Shown: one piece after another, positions 32,429 to 41,176 of the stretch
Position numbering within the stretch: the stretch's first letter is position 1
How the letters are laid out: each line of letters opens with the position of its first letter
Source: Gammaproteobacteria bacterium
GTDB lineage: Bacteria > Pseudomonadota > Gammaproteobacteria > Eutrophobiales > Eutrophobiaceae
Assembly (NCBI GenBank): GCA_963422205.2
Contig: CAXMWX010000005.1
Span: forward strand, 416,001-480,000
Direction: 5' to 3'
DNA: 64,000 nt
Program-made: the position numbers and the translations under genes
Notes under the pieces: model-generated
Told to the model about the DNA's origin: nothing
The model's input: only the letters and a program-made list of their open reading frames with translations
The model's database searches: none

Positions 32429-33328
32429 TCAGGCAAGAAACCGCCGTATCACATCGATCACGGCCGTACTCGCATCCTCCAGCACATAATGACCGGCATC
32501 GGCAAAGCGATGCACCTCGGCGGCCGGAAAACGCCGCTCCCATTCGGCCAGAAAATCCGCATCAAAGACAAAATCATTCATGCCCCAGCAAATCAACACC
32601 GGATTCCTTTGAAATTGATCCAGCCGCCGGGCGGTGTCGGCCATGACAGACCAGCTTGCCTGCTGTGCCGATAACGGAATATCTTCGATGAACCGGCGCA
32701 CGGCCAGCCGGCTCTGCCAATCCGCATAGGGCGCAGCATAGGCAGCCGCCACCTCTGCTGGCATCGGCTGGCGGGTGACACAGGTTTTGATCGCCCCCTG
32801 CACAAACGCATTTACGCCCTGAATCAACAGCGCATTGACAAGCCGGATGCGGCCAAGGCGCAGCGGCCAAGGCAGGCGCTTGCCCTTGCCCTCCCTGGTC
32901 CGGGGCAGATGAAAGGCGGCTGTATTGAGGATGATAAAGTGCTGCACCTGTTCGGGATGATCTGCCGCCCAGGCCATGCCGATCATGCCGCCCCAGTCGT
33001 GTACCACCAGCGTCATCGGCTCGCTGAGCTGCAAAGAGCCGATCAGCTGATCCAGATCATCCACCCGCTGCGCCAGGGTAAAACGGTATGCCTCATTGCC
33101 TGGCCTGGCTGACAAGCCCATGCCAATATGATCCGGCACGATACAACGATGCGTGGGTTTTAATGCAGTAACCAGCCGTCGATAATAATACGACCAGCTG
33201 GGATTGCCATGCAGCATCAGCACGGGCGGTGCTTCCCTGGCCCCTTCATCCAAGTAGTGCATGGCAAGCGAGTTGATGTTGAAGTAATGCGGTTGAAAAG
33301 GATAGTCCGGCCAGGCCGTTGTTGTCAT
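32429..33328 (-). CDS. oleB: OleB beta-lactone decarboxylase (haloalkane dehalogenase-like alpha/beta hydrolase)
   Basis: HGNPSWS, PDHIGMGLS, VHDWGGMIG and AGHYVLED. Confidence 0.92.
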   Translation of the reverse strand: MTTTAWPDYPFQPHYFNINSLAMHYLDEGAREAPPVLMLHGNPSWSYYYRRLVTALKPTHRCIVPDHIGMGLSARPGNEAYRFTLAQRVDDLDQLIGSLQLSEPMTLVVHDWGGMIGMAWAADHPEQVQHFIILNTAAFHLPRTREGKGKRLPWPLRLGRIRLVNALLIQGVNAFVQGAIKTCVTRQPMPAEVAAAYAAPYADWQSRLAVRRFIEDIPLSAQQASWSVMADTARRLDQFQRNPVLICWGMNDFVFDADFLAEWERRFPAAEVHRFADAGHYVLEDASTAVIDVIRRFLA

Positions 33329-33373
33329 ACTCACCATGCCGGGCTTACCAGCCCACACTGACCATGTTGAAGC

Positions 33374-34573
33374 CTACCACTCCCAGCCCATCATCAGGCA
33401 ATTCAACCCGCTGCCGATACCGAGAAAACCAACCCGGTCGCCGGATTTCAGGAAATTGCGCTGATCGGCAATCGCTGCGGTCATCGGCACGGACACCGTA
33501 CCCATGTTGCCGAGGTAAGGATAGGTGCTGAAATCTTTCTCGGCGGCAATGCCCAACTCCTTCAGGATGGTCTCCCTGTGCCCCTCGCCCACCTGATGGC
33601 AGATCACCTTGTCCACATGATCCCGCGCCCAGCCCATCGCTTTCAAGAAAGACGCCCAGGTGTTCACGCCCAGCCTGGCGCCGTGTTTCAGCACCGAGAC
33701 CGAGTCGGTGGACATGAACTCCGACATGGCCCTTGGCAGGGTCTTGGATGGGATGAGGCTAGCCAGCACAGGCGGAATCCTCTCGCTGGTCATGATCTCT
33801 CTTAACGCTGCCGGGATCACCTCCGGCTCCATCACCTCGTCAATCGTTGCCCGCAATTTATCCGGCGAGAGCATGAGCCGGCCCAACTCGGCGGGCGTGA
33901 AGGTGATCCCCCAGCGACACAGGCGATGATGCTCCGGGGCGGCCCGGGTTGTCTCGCCGATCAAACGGTGTGCGCCGCCATTGGCAAACGAGCCATCGGT
34001 AAGCAGCACCGCCGCTGCACCGGAGCCGCCGGTCAAGGTGGCCAGCGAGGAACTGAACAGGCGCATGGATTTTTCCTGTACCATGCGCTCGATCATGGTA
34101 TCGACGATCTCCCTGGCGGACTCGCAGGAGACCACGATGCCGGCACGGATCTGTTTCAGCTCAATGCGGTTGGCGATATCGATGATGCCGTTCAAGGTGC
34201 CAAGACAGGCATTGGAAATATCATAGATATAGGCATCAGTGCGGATGCCGAGCTTGTCCGCCACCGCACAGGCAGTGGCCGGTTCATAGTTCTCCCGGCA
34301 GACGCCGGAGTAGATCAACGCACCGATGTCCATTGCGCTGACGTTGCTCGCCTGTAACGCCTTGCGCGCTGCCGCCGCCGCCCCATCGGACAGGGCATGG
34401 CCCTTATCCCACCAGCGACGCTCGGCGATGCCGGTCAGCGCCTCCAACTGGCCCGGGGCGATATGCAGTGCATCGTACATGGGCATCAGGCGCTCTTCCA
34501 AATCGCCGGAGGTGATGACCTCAGCCGGCAACTCATAGCCGATGGACTCCATATAGACATGGCGATAGTTCAT
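33374..34573 (-). CDS. oleA: OleA thiolase-fold acyl-CoA condensing enzyme
   Basis: EPATA, DISNACLG, ATLTGGSGA, CHQVG, YLGNMG and GIGSGLNC. Confidence 0.92.
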   Translation of the reverse strand: MNYRHVYMESIGYELPAEVITSGDLEERLMPMYDALHIAPGQLEALTGIAERRWWDKGHALSDGAAAAARKALQASNVSAMDIGALIYSGVCRENYEPATACAVADKLGIRTDAYIYDISNACLGTLNGIIDIANRIELKQIRAGIVVSCESAREIVDTMIERMVQEKSMRLFSSSLATLTGGSGAAAVLLTDGSFANGGAHRLIGETTRAAPEHHRLCRWGITFTPAELGRLMLSPDKLRATIDEVMEPEVIPAALREIMTSERIPPVLASLIPSKTLPRAMSEFMSTDSVSVLKHGARLGVNTWASFLKAMGWARDHVDKVICHQVGEGHRETILKELGIAAEKDFSTYPYLGNMGTVSVPMTAAIADQRNFLKSGDRVGFLGIGSGLNCLMMGWEW

Positions 34574-37500
34574 GAGGATGACATTGTAAGGGTAAAATCC
34601 CGCATCTGATAGATAATTCTGCCATCAACGCTCAACAGGCCATCGGCCGTCAGCCGTTTTTGCGCCTCATCCCTGGCCGTGATCACCGCCTCAATGCTGA
34701 CCTGGCTGTCTGTGGGCAGGATTTGACCACGATAGACCCAGCTATGGGCAGCATCCCGCCCCGGTGCGGCAAAGCGGACCGACCCAGCCTGCCCGCCCCA
34801 GCGATCATAAGCCACATATTTCAATAGCTGAATGAATGACTCCAGCCCCAGCGACCCCGGCCACACCGGGTCCTGATAGAAATGCGCCTGAAAAAACCAG
34901 GCCGCCGGGTCGACATCCGCCTGCCCGCAAATAAAGCCGAGGGCCTGCGGCCCGCCGTCCGGGCTGTAGCCATCAATGCGATCGACCATACGCATCATCC
35001 GTGCCGGAAAGGGCGGCGCCGACGGGTAGTCGCATATGGTATGCCCGGCCAGCTCACTGGCAGCAGGCTGATACGGCGTACACTCTCGCAGGCCAACCTG
35101 CCGGGCCAGGGCAGCCCGGGAGAAAAAACCAAAATAGGTATCGCCCTGATACACCAGGCCAGCCGCACTGCTCACGGCAAAGTCGTAATGTTGAATGATC
35201 ATGCCGCCGGATTGTGACACCCGGGTGATCCTGATCTCGGTGGTCAGCGTGCCGACATCCGCCCGCACGGGTAAGCATTGGCGCGCCGTACCGCCCAGGT
35301 TACGAAACGACAGATCCGTCTGGCTGGTCAGCGCCGAGCCAAGGTAGGCCGCCAGCCAGCCACAGGGCTGCAAGGCCACTTCCAGCAACACGGCGAACGG
35401 CATCTCCGGCTGGCGATTCTCGATAAAATACCAGGCATCGGCAGGCACATCATACGCTGCTCTGATCACCCCGCCTGCGGCCAGTTGCCACGGCTGGCAC
35501 TGGTCGATAGAGACAATGCGATCGAGAAACTGGAACGGCGGCCCCGGCAGGCGGGCGATCACGCGCTCATCATCAAACACCCGGTAGCGCTCGCCGAAGG
35601 CCTCCGAGGGCTTGCCGACAGCAAAGGCATGGATGGAGGCATAATCAAACAAGACGGGACCCGGTGTCGCTGCCTTTTGGGTACGCCACAGGGTGTGCAA
35701 CTGCTGTTTACGCAGATTGCTCAGCTGCAACGACAGATCGGTCATCTGCACAATCGCCTGGCCATCGGCTGACATCAGCGCATCGGCGATCACATAAGGG
35801 ATGCCGGCCTCGGTATAACCGAGCGTCTTTATGCTGATGGCATACTGTACCTTGTTCGTGCTTGCCAGCACCTGACCGCGACACTTGAGTTTGCCCGCCA
35901 CACCCGGCACCGGCTCATAGACCATGCGCTCCGCCTCACCCACCCAGCCGAGGCGCAACAGATATACCCGCAGGGTATGCAGGCAGCATTCATACATCAA
36001 CGTCCCCGGCATCACCTGATCATCAATGAAGTGGCAGGTGATGAACCAGTCATCCGGGCGAATATCCGCCTCACCGATAATATGACCCATGCCGAAGCGA
36101 CCGCCAGCAGGGTTCAGTTCAAGGATGCGATGCACCAGCGTCATGCGCCCGCCGGGCAGACCGGCCGGCTGTTGCAAGTCAAGACCGGCAAATGCCGAAC
36201 CGAAACATGCCGCCAGATCGCCAGCGCGCAGGGCATCGAGTTGTGCATCGCTATAAGCTGCCGCCTGCATTGGCACCAACGCCTGCCAGCCTGTGGCGCA
36301 GCTGCCGGTTTGCACCTGCCCATCCAGGGCACTCAGCACGATGCCCTTGCCAGCCGCCAGTTGGGCCTCGGTGAAAAAACCGGCACAGCCATGCCGCATG
36401 GTGATCAGCAGTCTCCCATCCACCTCGCCGTCAAACCGGAAATGAAATAACCAGGTATCGCCCTGGCGGAAGAAGCGCTCGATCCGAATGTCATAGCGGA
36501 TCACCTGCCCGGCCTGTGGCAGCGGTGCATGAAAAGTCACTTCGGCATCCAGCAGCCGGTAGCAGGCCCGCCCCCTGGTCTGCAAATCAATGCCCAGATA
36601 AGCCGATAAAAACAGATCCGCCTGGCCGGCTTCCACGGCGATACAGGTGGGGATGCGCCCGCCGTCCAGATACCAGGCGCCCGGCTTGACATCGTGTTCG
36701 GTCACCACCCGCCCCGGCGCCATGGAAGCCGGCGCACCCTCCAGCGTGAGAATGCGATCGACCAGCATCAACGGCGGGGCGGGCAGACGCACCCGGGTTG
36801 GATGGCTGTCCACCTCGGCAAAGGCCGGGCCAAGCACCCGGGCAATCGCACCCGTTGCAAACTCCATGCACATCGCTCGATCGAACACCACATCCGCTCT
36901 TGGCGGCAACGCAACCGGCTTTGCAGGCGGTGCGGCGGGCAGCGTTGCCACCGCCACGGGCGGCTGGCCTGATGCGGATGGCACGGCATGCAACAAGGCG
37001 AGCTGCATCGTCACGGCCTGGTGCATCGTCTTGCTAATCCCCTGCGCCACTTGCAAAAAGGCCGCCTGTGCCGCCGCATGGGCAGTCTCGACCTGCTGTA
37101 ACTGCGCTACCACCTGCATGGCCGGATGCACCACGACATCGCCGCCCGCTGCGGGCAATTCACCTCGTGCCACCACGGGCGATGGCGCAGGCCGGCTGAT
37201 CCTGATGGCCGGACGCACAACGGGTATGTCGATCATGGCCGGGGACGGCTGGCAATCCGGCGACAGCGGCTCTCGATACAGATCATGCAAGTCCATCGCC
37301 ACCCGCTCGGTGTTAAGCTGTGCCAGCACCCGCAGCACCGACTCCGCCCCATGCTGCCCCTTGATGCAGGCGGCCAGGGCGAGATGCGGCCTTCCCTTCA
37401 ATATGTCGCCTATCATGCGACTGCAACTGCTGCCGGGGCCCGGCTCGATGAACAGACGCACGCCGTCCTGATAGGCGCGCTCAATAAGGCGGGGATAATC

Positions 37501-40500
37501 AAAGGGCTGCACCGCCTGCCCGATAAGGGAGTCGGCCGCTGCCTCGCTAGTCACTTCGTAGGGCCGGCCCCAGGCGGTGCTGTAGAACTGCACCCCGGCG
37601 GGCGGCGTGGTCTTGAGCAGGTGCAGTTGCCGGTATTCCTCGGCCACCGGCAAGGCCACCTCGCAATGCACCGTGGTCACGCCATGCAGCGGATGAAACT
37701 GACAGGCAAGATTCGCCACCAGCGCCTCAACCGCCGTGCGCTCGCCGCCGATGACGCACTCATTCGGTGTGTTTACGATCAGCAGATACACCCGCTGCCT
37801 GCCGCCCGGATCAATGTGCAGGCTGGCCTTGATCTGCCGGGCAGAGCGATTGACCACACCTGCCTGCCAGTCGATCGTGACCGCCTCATCGGTGATCCCC
37901 CAGGCCCGGCGCGCCGCCTCAAAAGGCCCGGCCAAATCACGCACGAACAGCGATGAGCGCTGCATGCGCCGCAACATCTGATCGCGCCCCACCCAGGTAC
38001 GGCTGGCAAACAGGCCGGTGGTCTCGCCCAGGCTGTAGCCGATGATGGCGTCCGGGCGAACGGCATGGCGGGCCAGTATGTCGCTGATCAGCGTACCCAG
38101 CCAGACCTGGCCGAAGATCACTTCCTCGCATGATGGTGCTGATCCATCCGAGGCAGACCAGAAACGCCCCCCGGCAAACTGGCTGGCAAGGTAATCGTTT
38201 TCCTGATCCAGCCGCTCCAGAACGTCCGGCCAGGCGCATGCCGCCTCCCGGCCCATGCCGTGAAAATGATTGCCCGCACCGGGAAAGACAAAGGCCAGCC
38301 GGCCCGTCGCTGCCTGTGGCCCGGCCAAAGGCTGGGGGCTGAAAAACACTTCGCCATCGGCGATGGCCGTGTTGTTTTGCACGGCTGGCAGCGCCCGCTC
38401 GATCAGCTGCCGCAGGTGCTGAGGATTGCCGGCCAGTAATGACAGGGCCAGCGGATGCTGCTGGTCATTCTCTTGCAGGCATCGCCGCGCCAGGTGTTGC
38501 ACGGATAACTGCTGGTCGGTCGCCTGTGCTGTTAATTGCTGAAGTCGTGCTGCCAGCGCACCAGGGTCAACCGCCGTCAATGACAACAGGGTCAGCGGCA
38601 ATGGCAGCGCCAATGGCTGGCTGCTCTCTGCCTGCTGTAACACCACGGCGATATGATTGCCATCCACACTGCCCGCCTGTACCAGGCGGTGACGTGGTCC
38701 GGACTTCCGATCCCGTAACCAGGGCTGTGGCTGGCCGCCGTCCCGCCCCGGCAGCAACCGATGATGCAGAGACAGGCTGTCCCGCACGACGTTGAGCAGT
38801 CCGGCCGCCGCGCCGTACTCGGCGTAATCCATCGCCGCCCCCTGCCCGCCTTCTCGCTCATCCGCATCCAGCCCGGCCTCCCGCAAGCCCTGGCCGATGG
38901 CGGCCCCGGCCTGCATCGCATTGCCCAGGCCGCTGACCAGGGCGTAGATGCGATCACCGGCCTTGAGCGCATCTTTGTGCCGCTTGAGTATTAAAGACAC
39001 GGCCGCATCGCCAGCGTGATTAATAGTATGGTCACGGGCGGCGGCCAGGCGCACATCGCTGGCAAAATCCACCGCACCCACAATGGCGGTGTTGATCTCC
39101 TGTCGCTGCAAGGCACGTGTGCCCAGCATCAGCGCGCGCAGGCCGGACGCCTGTTCATTCGATACGGTAAAACTCGGCCCGCCCAGGCGATAGGCACGGG
39201 CGATGCGGCTGGCGATGATGCCTCCCAGCGCGCCCATGGTGCGGTTGGCGGTCAGGGGCGGACTGATGGCCTGGCGTATTTCACCCGTCCAGGCGGCCAG
39301 CGCATCATCATCCCGTCGCAAACCCAGCCGCACCGCCCAGCGCCGGGCGCATTCCAACAGGCCCCAGCGCAGATGATAATTGGTCGTGTTCAAATCCAGG
39401 GCGATACCGATGTACGCCCCCGCCTCTCGCAACGCCTCAGCCTCATCCTGTTCCATGCCGGCATCGGCCAGGGCATCGGCGGCCACCTGCAGCATCAACA
39501 CCTGCTGCGGCAACATGGCTTTTAGCTCGGTCGGCGGAATGCGAAACCGCCCGGCGGGAATACCGATGGCAGCTATCGTTCGCTGTGGCTGACTCTGGCG
39601 GCCAAACAACTGCTCGGCAAATGCCGCCAGCCGTTCACACTCGCCGTGCCAGGTGGCCATCCCGATAATGGCGATGTCCTCTGTTGCCTGCTCTGTCATT
39701 CGAGGCGACCAGGCCACGGCGATGGCGTGATCCGGCGGCGGCTCACCGCACCACTCCTCCAGCAGGACGTGGGCATTGATACCGCCAAAACCAAACGCAC
39801 TGACGGCCGCCCGTCTTGGGCTTGCTGCTGTGCGCCGTGGCCAGTCAGCGGCCAACTGCAAGACCCTGAACGGGCTGGCATCCAGCGCAACGGCAGCGGA
39901 CTCAAAATTGGCCGTTGGGGGCAACACCCGGTGCTGCATGGCGAGCAAGACCTTGATCACCCCGGCCGCACCGGCGGCTGTCAACAGGTGACCGATATTG
40001 CTTTTGACCGAGCCAATCACGCACGCACGCTGTCCCCCACCCTCACCATGCAGGCGCCGCAGGCTGTCAAACTCCACGGCATCGCCAATGGGCGTGCCAG
40101 TGCCGTGGCATTCGATCAGATCAACATCGCCAGGATGCCAGTCGGCCTGTTGATAGGCGGCGTACATGGCACGTAGCTGGCCTTCTGAATCCGGCGCCAT
40201 GAGATTACCGCCAATATCATTCGACAAGCCCATACCGGCGATGGTGGCATAAATACGATCACCCTGTGCCAGCGCATCAGGCAGGCGTTTGAGCAGCAAC
40301 ATGCCACAGCCCTCGCCCACCACCAAGCCATCCGCCCGCCGATCAAACGGCGCACACCGGCCGCTGGCAGAGATGGCATGCAGGGCCGAGAAGCCCATCT
40401 GCGTATACAGGGAATCCGGCCGTGACAAGCCGCCGCAAAGCATGGCGTCCGCTCGCCCGGCCTGTAGCTCATCCACAGCATACTTCAGCGCATACAGCGA

Positions 40501-41070
40501 TGAAGCACAGGCCGCATCCAGCGTATAACTGCCGCCGGTAAGACCCAGCGCCTGTGCCAGCAGGCCGGCAGGCAGGCCAGCAACATAGGCATTGTACGGA
40601 TGGGTTGCCGCCGGCCTTGCTGCCGTGCCGAATAACTGTTGCTCAAACTGGGGTAGAACATGCTCATCGGCAAGGCGTGAGGCGGCATCGGTGGGCAGGA
40701 CGATATTGCCGATGATGATGCCGGTTCGGTGCTTGTCGATGCGCTCGGTGCGGCCATCCTGCCAGGCTTGACGCCCGGCATGGAGTAGCAGATGCACCAT
40801 GGGATCGAGTGAGTCGATGAATGCTGAGTCCAGCGCCAAACCGGTATGGCCAAGGGTGAAGCCTTCCACAAAACAGGCGCGCTTTGAATAGACCTTGTCG
40901 GGCTTGGGGCCGGCGGGATCGTAGGCATCGGCCAGCGGCAGCAGCCAGCGGCCAGCGGGCGGCTCCCTGGTACAGTCCCTGGCGGCAACGATATGCTCCC
41001 AAAATTGATCAAGATCACCGGCCCCGGGAAATATCCCCCCCATGCCAACGATGGCGATGCGTTGTTTCAT
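34570..41070 (-). CDS. PUFA synthase PfaBC/Pfa3-type subunit (KS-CLF-AT-FabA-like DH domains)
   Basis: KS DAACASS/HGTGT/NIGH; CLF-like VSNEQASGL; AT FVFPGAG...GYSLGE; FabA-like DH motifs CHFIDDQVMPG and AHFYQDPVWPGSLG. Stop overlaps the oleA ATG. Confidence 0.9.
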   Translation of the reverse strand: MKQRIAIVGMGGIFPGAGDLDQFWEHIVAARDCTREPPAGRWLLPLADAYDPAGPKPDKVYSKRACFVEGFTLGHTGLALDSAFIDSLDPMVHLLLHAGRQAWQDGRTERIDKHRTGIIIGNIVLPTDAASRLADEHVLPQFEQQLFGTAARPAATHPYNAYVAGLPAGLLAQALGLTGGSYTLDAACASSLYALKYAVDELQAGRADAMLCGGLSRPDSLYTQMGFSALHAISASGRCAPFDRRADGLVVGEGCGMLLLKRLPDALAQGDRIYATIAGMGLSNDIGGNLMAPDSEGQLRAMYAAYQQADWHPGDVDLIECHGTGTPIGDAVEFDSLRRLHGEGGGQRACVIGSVKSNIGHLLTAAGAAGVIKVLLAMQHRVLPPTANFESAAVALDASPFRVLQLAADWPRRTAASPRRAAVSAFGFGGINAHVLLEEWCGEPPPDHAIAVAWSPRMTEQATEDIAIIGMATWHGECERLAAFAEQLFGRQSQPQRTIAAIGIPAGRFRIPPTELKAMLPQQVLMLQVAADALADAGMEQDEAEALREAGAYIGIALDLNTTNYHLRWGLLECARRWAVRLGLRRDDDALAAWTGEIRQAISPPLTANRTMGALGGIIASRIARAYRLGGPSFTVSNEQASGLRALMLGTRALQRQEINTAIVGAVDFASDVRLAAARDHTINHAGDAAVSLILKRHKDALKAGDRIYALVSGLGNAMQAGAAIGQGLREAGLDADEREGGQGAAMDYAEYGAAAGLLNVVRDSLSLHHRLLPGRDGGQPQPWLRDRKSGPRHRLVQAGSVDGNHIAVVLQQAESSQPLALPLPLTLLSLTAVDPGALAARLQQLTAQATDQQLSVQHLARRCLQENDQQHPLALSLLAGNPQHLRQLIERALPAVQNNTAIADGEVFFSPQPLAGPQAATGRLAFVFPGAGNHFHGMGREAACAWPDVLERLDQENDYLASQFAGGRFWSASDGSAPSCEEVIFGQVWLGTLISDILARHAVRPDAIIGYSLGETTGLFASRTWVGRDQMLRRMQRSSLFVRDLAGPFEAARRAWGITDEAVTIDWQAGVVNRSARQIKASLHIDPGGRQRVYLLIVNTPNECVIGGERTAVEALVANLACQFHPLHGVTTVHCEVALPVAEEYRQLHLLKTTPPAGVQFYSTAWGRPYEVTSEAAADSLIGQAVQPFDYPRLIERAYQDGVRLFIEPGPGSSCSRMIGDILKGRPHLALAACIKGQHGAESVLRVLAQLNTERVAMDLHDLYREPLSPDCQPSPAMIDIPVVRPAIRISRPAPSPVVARGELPAAGGDVVVHPAMQVVAQLQQVETAHAAAQAAFLQVAQGISKTMHQAVTMQLALLHAVPSASGQPPVAVATLPAAPPAKPVALPPRADVVFDRAMCMEFATGAIARVLGPAFAEVDSHPTRVRLPAPPLMLVDRILTLEGAPASMAPGRVVTEHDVKPGAWYLDGGRIPTCIAVEAGQADLFLSAYLGIDLQTRGRACYRLLDAEVTFHAPLPQAGQVIRYDIRIERFFRQGDTWLFHFRFDGEVDGRLLITMRHGCAGFFTEAQLAAGKGIVLSALDGQVQTGSCATGWQALVPMQAAAYSDAQLDALRAGDLAACFGSAFAGLDLQQPAGLPGGRMTLVHRILELNPAGGRFGMGHIIGEADIRPDDWFITCHFIDDQVMPGTLMYECCLHTLRVYLLRLGWVGEAERMVYEPVPGVAGKLKCRGQVLASTNKVQYAISIKTLGYTEAGIPYVIADALMSADGQAIVQMTDLSLQLSNLRKQQLHTLWRTQKAATPGPVLFDYASIHAFAVGKPSEAFGERYRVFDDERVIARLPGPPFQFLDRIVSIDQCQPWQLAAGGVIRAAYDVPADAWYFIENRQPEMPFAVLLEVALQPCGWLAAYLGSALTSQTDLSFRNLGGTARQCLPVRADVGTLTTEIRITRVSQSGGMIIQHYDFAVSSAAGLVYQGDTYFGFFSRAALARQVGLRECTPYQPAASELAGHTICDYPSAPPFPARMMRMVDRIDGYSPDGGPQALGFICGQADVDPAAWFFQAHFYQDPVWPGSLGLESFIQLLKYVAYDRWGGQAGSVRFAAPGRDAAHSWVYRGQILPTDSQVSIEAVITARDEAQKRLTADGLLSVDGRIIYQMRDFTLTMSSS

Positions 41071-41176
41071 GCAGATGGTTGAGATGAGTGCAAGGCGGCA
41101 GGATAACACAGGCAAAGCGCCGTGTGGTATCTTATTGGTGAGACAGCACCCCATGCTGCATAACGGAGATAAACGG

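Noticed and set aside
41071-41176. N-terminal extensions of pfaBC (to 41154) and cas12a (from 41042) that would overlap
   Set aside because: Homology starts at MKQRIAIVG (41070) and MTQRLL (41177, GGAG RBS); the extensions are ORF-caller artefacts.
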